Positions 26,026 through 35,721 of a stretch of 64,000 nucleotides of DNA are shown here, in pieces; positions within the stretch are counted from its first letter, which is position 1; each line of letters begins with the position of its first letter. The position numbers and the translations under genes are program-made. Below the pieces are notes generated by a model. It was not told the DNA's origin. It ran no database searches and saw nothing but the letters and a program-made list of their open reading frames with translations. Source of the DNA: Lachnospiraceae bacterium (GTDB lineage Bacteria > Bacillota > Clostridia > Lachnospirales > Lachnospiraceae); NCBI GenBank assembly GCA_017552715.1, contig JAFZOW010000129.1, positions 14,954 to 78,953 of the forward strand. The letters are read 5' to 3'.

Positions 26026-27852
26026 CTACTCAACTGTGACCGACTTTGCCAGATTCCTGGGATGGTCCACATCATAACCCTTGCCCACGGATACATAATA
26101 GGCAAAGAGCTGCAGCGGGATGATGGCCAGGGAGTTGGCAAAGAAGGGATCGGTAAAGGGAATATACAGCACATAGTCGGCTTCCTTTTCGATCTCTTTC
26201 CTGCCCCGCTCGGCGATAGCCATCACAAAGGCCCCTCTCGACTTGACTTCTTTTATATTGCTGACGGTCTTGGCAAAGAGCTCCGGCTGCGTGGCTACCG
26301 CCACCACCAGCGTCCCCGGCTCTATGAGTGAGATGGTACCGTGCTTCAGTTCCCCGGCGGCATATGCCTCGGAATGGATATAGGAGATCTCTTTCAGCTT
26401 CAGGGATCCCTCCAGACCAATGGCATAATCGATCCCGCGTCCGATAAAGAAGACACTTCTCGCAGCCACATAACGATTGGCAAAATGCTGGATCTTTTCC
26501 TTCTGTCCCAGCATCAGTTCGATCTGATCGGGTAAGGCCTGCAGATCCTCCAGCAGCTTGGCGAAGCGCCTGTCATCGATGACACCGCGTACACGCCCCA
26601 GCTTCATGGTCAGCAGATAAAATGCTACCAGCTGGGCACTGTAAGCCTTGGTGGTCGCTACCGAGATCTCCGGGCCGGCCCAGGTATAAAATACCGAATC
26701 CGCCTCTCTGGCGATGGAGCTGCCCACCACGTTTACGATGGCCAGGACCTTGATCCCTCTGGCCTTGGACTCGCGTACGGCTTCCAGTGTATCCGCCGTC
26801 TCTCCGGACTGACTCACCACGATCACCAGATCTTCGGGGGACAGTATGGGATCCCTGTAGCGGAACTCACTGGCCAGATCCACCTCTACGGGTATACGCA
26901 GCATTCCTTCGATGACATATTTTGCAGTCACTCCCACATGATAGGCCGACCCGCAGGCCACGATATGGATACGGTTAATGGCCTTAAGCTCCTCATCCGT
27001 AAGTCCCAGCTCCTCGATCACAATCTCTCCGTTCCTTATACGGGGCGAGATCGTATCCGTCACGGTCTTCGGCTCCTCATAGATCTCCTTGAGCATAAAA
27101 AACTCATAACCGGCTTTTTCCGCCGCATTGGCATCCCAGTCCACGGTCACGAGCTGCTTCTCGATCTCTTCCTCATCCACGGTATAGAACTTCACATCAT
27201 CGGCGGTCAGTCTGGCGATCTCCTGATTGTCAAGATAATAGACATTTCTCGTATACTTCAGGATCGCCGGCACATCGGATGCGATAAAGCAGCCGTCCTC
27301 GCTGCAGCCCACGATCAGGGGGCTGTTCTTTCTTGCCGCATACAGTTCATCCGGATGATCGGCAAAAAGGATCCCCAGAGCATAAGAACCTTCCACACGA
27401 TGCAGCACCTTGGTAATGGTCTGAAGAGGATTCCCGTCGTAATAGTAATCCAGCAGATGAGCCAGCACTTCCGTATCGGTCTCGGAGCTGAACTCATAGC
27501 CCTTCTTCACCAGCTTATTCTTCAACGCCATATAATTTTCAATGATGCCGTTGTGCACCACCACAATGGTACCTGCACCATTGCTGTGGGGATGGGCATT
27601 CAGGTCGCTGGGAGCACCATGGGTAGCCCATCTTGTATGGCCGATCCCGGAAAAACCGGGCATATTCTCCCCGTTATGGGTCAGATTCTCCAGAACGGCC
27701 AGCCGACCGGCCGCCTTCTTTGTCACGATCTCTTTTCCGTCAAAGACCGCGATCCCGGCCGAATCATAGCCTCTGTATTCCAGTTTGGACAGACCGTCCA
27801 GCACTATGGGAGCGGCCTGTTTTTTCCCTATATATCCTACGATACCGCACAT
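26026..27852 (-). CDS. glmS: glutamine--fructose-6-phosphate aminotransferase (isomerising)
   Basis: 608 aa. It starts with MCGIVGYIG (N-terminal nucleophile Cys), has two SIS domains, and ends ...DHPRNLAKSVTVE. Confidence 0.97.
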   Translation of the reverse strand: MCGIVGYIGKKQAAPIVLDGLSKLEYRGYDSAGIAVFDGKEIVTKKAAGRLAVLENLTHNGENMPGFSGIGHTRWATHGAPSDLNAHPHSNGAGTIVVVHNGIIENYMALKNKLVKKGYEFSSETDTEVLAHLLDYYYDGNPLQTITKVLHRVEGSYALGILFADHPDELYAARKNSPLIVGCSEDGCFIASDVPAILKYTRNVYYLDNQEIARLTADDVKFYTVDEEEIEKQLVTVDWDANAAEKAGYEFFMLKEIYEEPKTVTDTISPRIRNGEIVIEELGLTDEELKAINRIHIVACGSAYHVGVTAKYVIEGMLRIPVEVDLASEFRYRDPILSPEDLVIVVSQSGETADTLEAVRESKARGIKVLAIVNVVGSSIAREADSVFYTWAGPEISVATTKAYSAQLVAFYLLTMKLGRVRGVIDDRRFAKLLEDLQALPDQIELMLGQKEKIQHFANRYVAARSVFFIGRGIDYAIGLEGSLKLKEISYIHSEAYAAGELKHGTISLIEPGTLVVAVATQPELFAKTVSNIKEVKSRGAFVMAIAERGRKEIEKEADYVLYIPFTDPFFANSLAIIPLQLFAYYVSVGKGYDVDHPRNLAKSVTVE

Positions 27853-27932
27853 CTGTATATTCCCTCCAAAAATTCCTGTCCGCTTCCGGGTTCAGCAGCC
27901 GGACAGTCCCGCACGGGCACGAGATTTTTTTC

Positions 27933-28880
27933 TCATGTCCGTGGTGTTTCGAGTGATCGTTCCCAATAGATCCTGTTCATCGTAAAGCAGCGGATCAGCG
28001 GCCGAGGCAGGAGTCGGTAATGCTTTCCAAGCTGATAACCGGCCAGCTTCCATGCGCTCAGCCAGAACAGCTTACAGATCCCGTAAAGATCCCCGCGGCG
28101 CAGCAGACAGCCGCAGCCGATACGTACCAGCTTCATCCCTTCCTTTTGGGAAGAAAGCTGTCCGAAAAGCCCGGGAAACTGTGCCTGGCTCACGCCCAGG
28201 TCAAAATTCCGCTTAAACTGCTGCAATGCCGAATAATGATGGGCATGGTAAACCCTGGCATCGGCCACATAGGCTATGGCTCCGCCTGCATCCTGAAGCT
28301 TTCCGGCATAAACCATATCCTCGTTAAAGATCATGTGCTTTTCAAATCCGCCGAGGCGCTCATACTCCGCACGAACATAAGCGGCACACACATTGGAACA
28401 GAAAAAGCTCTTGATCCCAAGCTCTTTCCGGTCCGACAAGGTCTTTATGCGGGATACGGGAGGATAATTAAATCGTCTGGAAAGCCTTTCCAGTACGTCG
28501 CTTTCCTTTCCGGCCAGCTGTCTGGCATAGGCTGCGGAGGCTTTTCCGGAAAGCAGGGGTTCCATGAGCTTTTCCACAAGATAAGCATCCGCAGGTACGG
28601 CATCATCCGTCATGCAGATAAAAAACTCCGCATCGGAATACTCCACCGCCCTGCGTCTCGTACCACCGTGGTCAAACTCCTCTCTGCTGATATGATGCAC
28701 TTCGGCTTTATCGAAGCGCGCAGGAAGGCCCTCCCTGAAGAAAGCTTCAAAAAGGCTCCTCTCCGTGTTGATCAGTATGATACGATGCACGGGACAGGTC
28801 TGTCTGTGCAGACGTTCCAGGAGCCTTACCAGCTTTTCATCCGGCCGATAGACCGGAATGATCACATCTATCGTTCGCAT
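27933..28880 (-). CDS. glycosyltransferase family 2 (rhamnosyltransferase-like)
   Basis: N-terminus MRTIDVIIPVYRPDEKLVRLLERLHRQT... with the DxD-type region ICMTDDAVP. Confidence 0.8.
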   Translation of the reverse strand: MRTIDVIIPVYRPDEKLVRLLERLHRQTCPVHRIILINTERSLFEAFFREGLPARFDKAEVHHISREEFDHGGTRRRAVEYSDAEFFICMTDDAVPADAYLVEKLMEPLLSGKASAAYARQLAGKESDVLERLSRRFNYPPVSRIKTLSDRKELGIKSFFCSNVCAAYVRAEYERLGGFEKHMIFNEDMVYAGKLQDAGGAIAYVADARVYHAHHYSALQQFKRNFDLGVSQAQFPGLFGQLSSQKEGMKLVRIGCGCLLRRGDLYGICKLFWLSAWKLAGYQLGKHYRLLPRPLIRCFTMNRIYWERSLETPRT

Positions 28881-30230
28881 TCAGTCCGCAACATGCCCCT
28901 GCGCACGGATCACGTCGATCACACTGTTCACATGCTTCTCGCAGATCTCGTCGCTTCCGGCTTCCACCATAACGCGGATCACAGGCTCCGTTCCGCTCTC
29001 GCGTACCAGGATGCGCCCGTCATCTCCCAGGGCTTCCGCCACAGCTGCCACCGCCTTCTGCACTTCGGGATCATTCTGTGCATCCGGCTTGCTCTTCACG
29101 CGGACATTTTTCAGCACCTGGGGATAAAAGACCACCGGTGCCGCCAGCTCGCTCATGGGCTTCTCCTTGGCCAGCATGACCTCCATCATCTTCAGAGAGG
29201 TGAGGATACCGTCTCCCGTAGTCTCGTACTTCGAGAAGATGATATGACCGCTCTGTTCTCCGCCGATACGGTTTCCGGTCTGCACCATGTTCTCATACAC
29301 ATATTTGTCGCCTACGGCTGTCTTTTCGTATTCGATGCCCACCTTGTCCAGAGCCTTGTAAAGACCGAAGTTGCTCATGACAGTAGTCACGACTTTATTG
29401 TTCAGGAGCTTGCCTCTCTCCTTCATGTACAGGCCATAGATATACAGGATGTGGTCTCCGGTGACCAGATTGCCTTTCTCATCCACTACAAGGCAGCGAT
29501 CCGCATCTCCGTCATAGGCAAAGCCCACATCCAGGCCTTTTTCCACAACGAATTTCTGCAGATGCTCGATATGTGTGGAGCCGCAGTCGGTATTGATATT
29601 GTAACCGTCGGGGCTGTCGTTCATCACATAGGTCTTGGCTCCCAGTGCATCAAAGACGCCTTTGGCAATCTGCCAGGCAGCACCGTTGGCCACATCCAGG
29701 CCCACCTTCACATCCTTGAAGCTGTACTTGGACATGGAGATCAGATGACCGACATAGCGGTTGCGGCCTGCCACATAATCCACGGTACGTCCGATCTGAT
29801 CCCGTTCCGCCACGGGGATCTCCAGCTTCCCGTCTATGTATTCTTCCACCTTGAGGATGGTCTCCTCATCCATCTTCTCGCCCTTGCCGTTTAAGAGCTT
29901 GATCCCGTTATCATAATAGGGATTGTGGGATGCCGAGATCATGATACCGCAGTCAAAATCATCCACCCGGGTGATATAAGCCACGGAAGGGGTTGTGGTA
30001 ACATGCATGATGTACGCATCCGCACCGGAAGCCATAAGCCCCGTGCAGAGGGCATACTCGAACATGTAGCTGGATCGTCTCGTATCTTTACCGATCACGA
30101 TCTTGGCTTTTTTCCCTTCTTTAACGCCATAGTACCAGCCGAGAAAACGTCCGATCTTTATCGCATGATCAAAGGTCAGATTCTTGTTGGCTTCTCCGCG
30201 GAAGCCGTCCGTTCCGAAATATTTACCCAT
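28881..30230 (-). CDS. glmM: phosphoglucosamine mutase
   Basis: N-terminus MGKYFGTDGFRGEAN, phosphoserine loop SASHNPYYDNGIK, 449 aa. Confidence 0.95.
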   Translation of the reverse strand: MGKYFGTDGFRGEANKNLTFDHAIKIGRFLGWYYGVKEGKKAKIVIGKDTRRSSYMFEYALCTGLMASGADAYIMHVTTTPSVAYITRVDDFDCGIMISASHNPYYDNGIKLLNGKGEKMDEETILKVEEYIDGKLEIPVAERDQIGRTVDYVAGRNRYVGHLISMSKYSFKDVKVGLDVANGAAWQIAKGVFDALGAKTYVMNDSPDGYNINTDCGSTHIEHLQKFVVEKGLDVGFAYDGDADRCLVVDEKGNLVTGDHILYIYGLYMKERGKLLNNKVVTTVMSNFGLYKALDKVGIEYEKTAVGDKYVYENMVQTGNRIGGEQSGHIIFSKYETTGDGILTSLKMMEVMLAKEKPMSELAAPVVFYPQVLKNVRVKSKPDAQNDPEVQKAVAAVAEALGDDGRILVRESGTEPVIRVMVEAGSDEICEKHVNSVIDVIRAQGHVAD

Positions 30231-30888
30231 TATCTCTTTTCCTCACAATCTCTCCGTTATTTTTGTAGATGGAAGCCTCCGGCACTACACCGCGCACACA
30301 GGAGGTGGGATAGATATTGGAATTTCTTCCCACAACGGTTCCCGGATTGCAGACCGAATTACAGCCCACTTCCACATGATCCCCCAGCATGGCACCGAAT
30401 TTCTTGATGCCCGTCTCCATCTCCTCGGTCCCGTTATGGACCACCACCAGCTTCTTGTCGGATTTCACATTGGAAGTGATGGAACCGGCACCCATATGGG
30501 CATAATATCCCAGGATGGAATCTCCGACGTAATTGTAATGCGGAGTCTGCACATGATCAAAGAGGATCACGTTCTTCAGTTCCACGGAATTGCCCACGAC
30601 ACAGTTGGCACCCACCAGGGCCGAACCCCGGATAAAAGCGCAGTGACGAACTTCCGTTTCGGGCCCGATGATGCAGGGAGCCCCCAGATAGGCGGAATCA
30701 AAAACCGTGGCACTCTTATGTACCCATACATGCTCCGAGCGTTCTTCATAGTCCGGCCCAAGGGTCGGTCCCAGTTCAAGGATCAGCTCCTTGATCCCCT
30801 TCAATGCTTCCCAGGGATAAGTAAACTTCAGGAGATAATCCCTGGCCAGTGTATGATCCAGATCATAAAGATCCTTTATCGTATACAT
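30223..30888 (-). CDS. left-handed beta-helix (hexapeptide-repeat) acetyltransferase resembling the C-terminal half of GlmU, with no uridylyltransferase domain
   Basis: Hexapeptide repeats throughout (...IGPETEVRHCAFIRGSALVGANCVVGNSVELKNVILFD...GAGSITSN...VGCNSVCNPGTVVGRNSNI). The start is placed at MYTIKD (AAGAGAGG 7 nt upstream), 1 nt after the nagB stop. The ORF track extends to 30918. Confidence 0.75.
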   Translation of the reverse strand: MYTIKDLYDLDHTLARDYLLKFTYPWEALKGIKELILELGPTLGPDYEERSEHVWVHKSATVFDSAYLGAPCIIGPETEVRHCAFIRGSALVGANCVVGNSVELKNVILFDHVQTPHYNYVGDSILGYYAHMGAGSITSNVKSDKKLVVVHNGTEEMETGIKKFGAMLGDHVEVGCNSVCNPGTVVGRNSNIYPTSCVRGVVPEASIYKNNGEIVRKRDNG

Positions 30889-30889
30889 C

Positions 30890-31681
30890 TTATAACCTCT
30901 CTTTCTTCTCGATATCAAGGAAATACTTATACGTATCGACCGTCAGCTCACCGCAGGCCTCTTCATCACAGGCTATGATGGCAGCATTGTGCATCTGCAG
31001 TGCGGAACAGGTCCACTTCTGGCTGACCCCGCCTTCTACGGTAGCTGCAAGTGCACGGGCCTTGTTATGTCCCGAGATCAGCACCAGCACCTCTTTGGAA
31101 TCCGTCACCGTCCCGATACCGACGGAAAGTGCTTTGGAAGGCACCTTTTCCGGATCGTTTCCGAAAAAGCGGCTGTTAACGATACGTGTATCTGTCGTGA
31201 GCTCGCGCACGCCGGTACGTGAACTTAAGCTGGTATAGGGCTCATTGAAAGCCAGATGACCGTCCACACCGATACCACCCATAAAAAGGTCGATCCCGCC
31301 GTAGGAAGCGATCTTTTCCTCATACCGGGCGCACTCACCCTCCGGATCATCCGTCATGCCGTTTAAGATATTGATATTCTCCGGCTTCATATCCGTCAGA
31401 TGATCGAACAGATTATCATGCATGAAATACCAGTAGCTCTGGTCGTGCTCTCTGGGAAGTCCCAGATACTCATCCATATTGAAGCTCACAACATTGGCAA
31501 AGGAGAGCTCTCCCGCCTTGTTCATACGCACGAATTCCTTATATACTCCGATGGGGGAAGAACCGGTGGGAAGACCCAGAACGAAAGGCCGATCCTCCTT
31601 GTGCGCCTTGATCTTTGCAGCGATATAAGCCGCCGCCCATTTGCACATTTTCTCATAGTTATCCTGTATGACCAGTCTCAT
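30890..31681 (-). CDS. nagB: glucosamine-6-phosphate deaminase/isomerase
   Basis: MRLVIQDNYEKMCKWAA...FVLGLPTGSSPIG...FNMDEY...LFMGGIGVDGHLAFNEP. The start is at the ATG with AAGGAG 8 nt upstream. The ORF track start at 31705 adds 8 aa. Confidence 0.93.
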   Translation of the reverse strand: MRLVIQDNYEKMCKWAAAYIAAKIKAHKEDRPFVLGLPTGSSPIGVYKEFVRMNKAGELSFANVVSFNMDEYLGLPREHDQSYWYFMHDNLFDHLTDMKPENINILNGMTDDPEGECARYEEKIASYGGIDLFMGGIGVDGHLAFNEPYTSLSSRTGVRELTTDTRIVNSRFFGNDPEKVPSKALSVGIGTVTDSKEVLVLISGHNKARALAATVEGGVSQKWTCSALQMHNAAIIACDEEACGELTVDTYKYFLDIEKKERL

Positions 31682-31699
31682 GTTCTTTTCTCCTTTTCC

Positions 31700-31856
31700 A
31701 ATCACAGTGTTTTTGCAGATCCGGAAGAAGCTTTGTTACAGTCTTGATTCTGCTTTTTGACCTCTTCCTCACGACCTCTGCCGTGGCCGCAGCAGCATCC
31801 GCCGAGTCTTTCGATAACTGCTGTCCTCGTCAACCTATTACGGTCCTGGCGCTAAC
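31700..31856 (-). ncRNA. glmS ribozyme (GlcN6P-dependent self-cleaving cis-regulatory RNA)
   Basis: The minus strand reads UUA|GCGCCAGGACCGUAAUAGGUUGACGAGGACAGCAGUUAUCGAAAGACUCGGCGGAUGCUGCUGCGGCC.... It contains the conserved AGCGCC cleavage-site segment, a short P1, the GACGAGGA core, the GUUAUCGAA...CGGCGGAUGC core and a paired CAGCAG/CUGCUG P2. A P3/P4-like tail runs toward the nagB RBS. Confidence 0.85.
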
Positions 31857-31903
31857 AAGAACCTGATGTCCCTCCGAGCAGGTACTCGTTTTACTTATTT
31901 TTG

Positions 31904-31929
31904 AAAATGATATCCGGGGATATCATTTT
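31904..31929 (-). terminator. palindromic hairpin after the priming glycosyltransferase gene
   Basis: AAAATGATATCC-gg-GGATATCATTTT is a perfect 12-bp palindrome 22 nt after the stop at 31951. The U-tract is only partial. Confidence 0.5.
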
Positions 31930-31950
31930 GCAAACATACTCTACAGCCGT

Positions 31951-33360
31951 TCAATACGCGTTCTTGTTGATGAATCCTTTGAACAGCGTCATGAAAAGGA
32001 TCCTGAAATCCAGCATCAGGGTCCAGTTCTCTATATAGTACAGATCACACTCGATACGGCGTCGTATGGAGGTGTCCCCGCGGAAGCCGTTGATCTGGGC
32101 CCAGCCCGTCATACCGGGCCGCACCTGATGCTTGATCATGTAACCGGGGATCTCTTCCTTGAATTTCTCCACAAACTGCGGGCGTTCCGGCCTGGGGCCC
32201 ACCAGGCTCATCTGACCCACCAGCACATTAAAGAGCTGGGGCAGTTCGTCCAGGCTGGTACGCCGCAGGAACCTTCCGATGCCTGTCACCCGGGGATCTC
32301 CCTTTGTGGTCCAGCCCTCTTTCTCCTCTTCTTCCTTCTGTTCCCTCATGGTACGGAATTTATACATCATAAAACTGCGGTTGTGCAACCCCACCCGTTC
32401 CTGGGAATAGATCACCTTTCCTCCGTCGGTGAACTTGATGATCAGAGCCGAGAGCAGCATCACCGGTGAGAAGAGTATGATGAGTATGATGGAACCGATA
32501 AGGTCGATGATGCGCTTCACCAGCATATTGCTGGTATTGGTCAGGGGAACGTAACGGATGTTCACCACGGACAGGCCCGTAAGGTCCTCAATATAGGGCT
32601 TGGATGAGATCACGGAATTGTAATCCGGTATGAACTTGGTATGCACGCCGGACTTCTCACACAGACGCACCAGCTCCTCCAGCCGGTCATAATCCTGCAG
32701 GGAAAGGCTGATGCCGATCTCGTCCAGCTTGTTTTCCGGCAGGACGATATCCAGATTGCCGATCTGCCCCAGAACCTTCACTCCCCGGTATGCCGTACCG
32801 GCAGGTACATGATCGTCCAGGATGCCGCATACCACATAGCCCCATTGGGGATTTTCCAGGATGCGGTCGATGTAGCTCTCCGCCGCCCTCGAATAGCCCA
32901 CCAGCATCACATATTTGATATTAAAGCCACGCTTGCGTATCGCCCGCAGAACTTTACGGATCAGCTGCCGTTCAATGATCGTGGCGAATGTGGAAAGAAA
33001 GAAGAAAAACGCCATCATCATACGGGCGAAATCCTGCAACTTGATAACGTACATCCCTACGATGATCATGGCCAGTCCCAGGATATTGGCCTTGAAGATA
33101 TTGAAGATCTCCCGCTCCACACTGGAGTAGCGCTTTGAGATATACAGGTCGCATAGATAATAGATGATCAGGTAACCCGGGATGATCAGATAAAGCATGG
33201 AGAAATACTGCGTCATGGAGAGACGCCCCTTAAGAGCATCCTCCGCCGTAGCAAAGAGCACGAATTTCATATACCATGCCAGGATGTAACTGCCGGCCAC
33301 CAAAATAGCATCCAAAAGCATGTGGATCCGGTTCAGTACCTTCTGGTTATCTCTGATCAT
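31951..33360 (-). CDS. polyprenyl-phosphate hexose-1-phosphate transferase (priming sugar transferase, WcaJ/EpsL-like)
   Basis: 469 aa with N-terminal TM helices. The C-terminal bacterial sugar-transferase domain reads ...LVGPRPERPQFVEKF...VRPGMTGWAQINGFRGDTS...DLYYIENWTLMLDFRIL. Confidence 0.9.
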   Translation of the reverse strand: MIRDNQKVLNRIHMLLDAILVAGSYILAWYMKFVLFATAEDALKGRLSMTQYFSMLYLIIPGYLIIYYLCDLYISKRYSSVEREIFNIFKANILGLAMIIVGMYVIKLQDFARMMMAFFFFLSTFATIIERQLIRKVLRAIRKRGFNIKYVMLVGYSRAAESYIDRILENPQWGYVVCGILDDHVPAGTAYRGVKVLGQIGNLDIVLPENKLDEIGISLSLQDYDRLEELVRLCEKSGVHTKFIPDYNSVISSKPYIEDLTGLSVVNIRYVPLTNTSNMLVKRIIDLIGSIILIILFSPVMLLSALIIKFTDGGKVIYSQERVGLHNRSFMMYKFRTMREQKEEEEKEGWTTKGDPRVTGIGRFLRRTSLDELPQLFNVLVGQMSLVGPRPERPQFVEKFKEEIPGYMIKHQVRPGMTGWAQINGFRGDTSIRRRIECDLYYIENWTLMLDFRILFMTLFKGFINKNAY

Positions 33361-33437
33361 ATAGTTATAACCCTCGTTATCTCGTTAAGACCCAAGATAT
33401 TGTAACACAGAAGGGAAAAAAATACAATCCAAAGGGT

Positions 33438-34394
33438 TTACATAAATCTATGAATTGTTCCGAGAAGGAGTTCCGCCTCCATGCGGAGCTGACGCCCGAA
33501 GGGGATAAGTGCAAAATCGAGGCGCTTTTGGCGCTTTTTACCGCAAAGAGCAAGGCCCTCCGCCGTGGCACGCAGATAATCCGCCCCCATCCCTTTCAGG
33601 GTGAAGAAAAGGAGCTTGACCAGCCAGCCCAGCCAGAGATGGGAAAGATTGCAGACCAGCATCCACAGCGGCAGATTCTTATACAGAAGGTAGATCTGAT
33701 TGCGTACCGTAAGCCGCAGCTTGAAAGGATTGTATCGGGAGCCGCTGCTGCCGCTGCCTGCATGGAGCACTCTTGCACGCGGTGCATATACATTCCGGAA
33801 GCCGGCCCATTTTGCGCGGAAGCCCAGATCCACATCCTCAAGATATGCGAAATGTTCCTCATCAAAGGCTCCCAGCCCCATCAGCAGATCCTTCCGATAG
33901 ATGGCGGCACCGCCGCAGGCGGAAAAGATCTCCCTGCCTTTACGATACTCCCGCTCCGGCTTATCACGCCCCGGAGAAAAAGCCCAGCCCAGGGAAGAAA
34001 AGCAGTCTCCTGCCCCGTCCAGCTCCGAAGGCTTATCCATCTTGAGCATGGCCGCGGAAGCCGAAAAGATATCTTCACTCTTTGTAACGGCACGGTACAG
34101 CTCTCCCACAAAATGCCGCTCCGCCACGGTATCGTTGTTCAGGAGCAGCACATGATCCGCTTCCGCCGCGGCAATACCGTCGTTGACACTTGCGGCAAAG
34201 CCCCGGTTCTCCTCATGAAAGATCCACTTCACACAGGGGAAGCTTTCCATGGCCTTCTGCGCCGAGCCGTCCGTGGAAGCATCATCCACCACGATGATCT
34301 CGAAATCCTTCTCCTCCTGGCGCATAAGGCTTTTCAGGCATTGATCCAGATACTGTGCCCCGTTATAATTCGGGATGATCACACTAAGCTTCAT
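33438..34394 (-). CDS. glycosyltransferase family 2
   Basis: MKLSVIIPNYNGAQYLDQCLKSL...EIIVVDDASTDGS. The start has AAGGAGAAAG upstream and overlaps the preceding gene by 11 nt. The ORF track N-terminal extension to 34529 is rejected. Confidence 0.85.
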   Translation of the reverse strand: MKLSVIIPNYNGAQYLDQCLKSLMRQEEKDFEIIVVDDASTDGSAQKAMESFPCVKWIFHEENRGFAASVNDGIAAAEADHVLLLNNDTVAERHFVGELYRAVTKSEDIFSASAAMLKMDKPSELDGAGDCFSSLGWAFSPGRDKPEREYRKGREIFSACGGAAIYRKDLLMGLGAFDEEHFAYLEDVDLGFRAKWAGFRNVYAPRARVLHAGSGSSGSRYNPFKLRLTVRNQIYLLYKNLPLWMLVCNLSHLWLGWLVKLLFFTLKGMGADYLRATAEGLALCGKKRQKRLDFALIPFGRQLRMEAELLLGTIHRFM

Positions 34395-35721
34395 CTGCTT
34401 TCTCCTTCGCACAGTCAAAATACGGATCGTACAATATGGTATAACCCTTCTCCCGCAGCGCTTTGCACAGCTTAAGGCTCTTCCCCTTAAGCCGCTTTTC
34501 ATCCTCGTCTCCGGGGAAAGGATATTCATATCCCGTAAGTTCTTTATACAGGGGGATCAGCTCCTCCCTGACGGCCGCGTTCCGAAGGTCCGCCGCCTCC
34601 ACGCTCTGCTGCAGCGCCGCAATATGCATGGGTCCGGAAAAGCCCTCCGGCAGGTCTCCGTACAGAAGGCTTCCGTCAGCCTTCATGGCCCCGCCCACGG
34701 TACGGCCCTTTTCCCGCACCGGCCCGGCGACCATGGCGATATCCGGCCGCTGGGAAAAAACGCCTCCCTCATATTCCAGCCTGTAAAAGCCCAGATGTTT
34801 ATGCTCCAGGACCTTTGCACTTATACCCTCCCGGGCCAGGGAAGCCTGAACAGCCCTTCGTCCCGCTTCATAGGCATAGTTCTTGGCTGCGGGATCGGCC
34901 GCCGTGGATTCCTCATGACAACGCCAGTGATAGAGTATCTTCGGCACATGACGGATCTTTTTCTGCCATTCCTTTCCGGGGTATTCTTTTCTGGCGTACT
35001 CCGCAAGACGCAGCAGCAGCTCGTGATCCTGGGAACCGTCGTAAGCCGGATCCAGCTTAAGCTCCTTGATCACATCCCCACGGAATACGGAAAAATGACA
35101 GACGTAATTATTGGTGTAGAAAAGCTCCCGGTCGAAATCCTTCTTCCGGTGGGGGCAGAAATAGTGTTCCAGATGAGTATCCGTTTTGTCTTCATCCGTA
35201 TAGACCAGCACAGGCTCATCCGAGCGGTCGATCTCTTCCCGGATAAGAAAAAGCGCGTCGGGAGTCAGCAGATCATCATGATCCAGCAGGGCGATATAAT
35301 CCCCTTCCGCCAGCTCCAGCGCGCGGTTCGTATTTCCCGAGATCCCCTCGTTCTTTTCAAGCTTCTCGTAGCGTATCCCTTCATACTGCTCCTGAAAGCT
35401 CTTTACCACATATTCCACCCTCCGGCTTTCGGAGGCATCGGCGATGATCAGCTCCCAGTCCGTGTAGCTCTGCTCCACCACGGAAAGGATCAGATCCTGC
35501 AGAAAGACCTCGGCGGTTTCATAAGCCGGCACAATGATGGAAAAGCGGATCCTTCTCTCAAAGTTCACGTCCCGCTGTTTCTGCAGTTCTTCCTGTGCGG
35601 GAGGCAGATAATCATAACGGAAACGTCTCTTTTCCCAGAGCCGTTCCCGTATGGCAAGAAGTGTTTCCGCGAAGCCGTTGCGCTTCCAGTAACGTATGAT
35701 CTGCTGAATACTTCCGGGCAT
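34384..35721 (-). CDS. glycosyltransferase family 2 with an additional C-terminal domain
   Basis: RFSIIVPAYETAEVFLQDLILSVVEQSYTDWELIIADAS...LLDHDDLLTPDAL. 445 aa. Confidence 0.8.
   Translation of the reverse strand: MPGSIQQIIRYWKRNGFAETLLAIRERLWEKRRFRYDYLPPAQEELQKQRDVNFERRIRFSIIVPAYETAEVFLQDLILSVVEQSYTDWELIIADASESRRVEYVVKSFQEQYEGIRYEKLEKNEGISGNTNRALELAEGDYIALLDHDDLLTPDALFLIREEIDRSDEPVLVYTDEDKTDTHLEHYFCPHRKKDFDRELFYTNNYVCHFSVFRGDVIKELKLDPAYDGSQDHELLLRLAEYARKEYPGKEWQKKIRHVPKILYHWRCHEESTAADPAAKNYAYEAGRRAVQASLAREGISAKVLEHKHLGFYRLEYEGGVFSQRPDIAMVAGPVREKGRTVGGAMKADGSLLYGDLPEGFSGPMHIAALQQSVEAADLRNAAVREELIPLYKELTGYEYPFPGDEDEKRLKGKSLKLCKALREKGYTILYDPYFDCAKEKADEA

Noticed and set aside
25932-26174. 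80-aa minus-strand ORF spanning the glmS 3' end and the downstream hairpin region.
   Set aside because: It is out of frame with, and overlaps, the well-supported glmS C-terminus. The rest runs through non-coding repeat and hairpin sequence.
27853-27932. I expected a glmS ribozyme directly upstream of glmS.
   Set aside because: The gap is only 80 nt and lacks the AGCGCC / GACGAGGA / GUUAUCGAA...CGGCGGAUGC cores. It holds only a hairpin with a short U-run and the RBS. The ribozyme is instead at 31700-31856.
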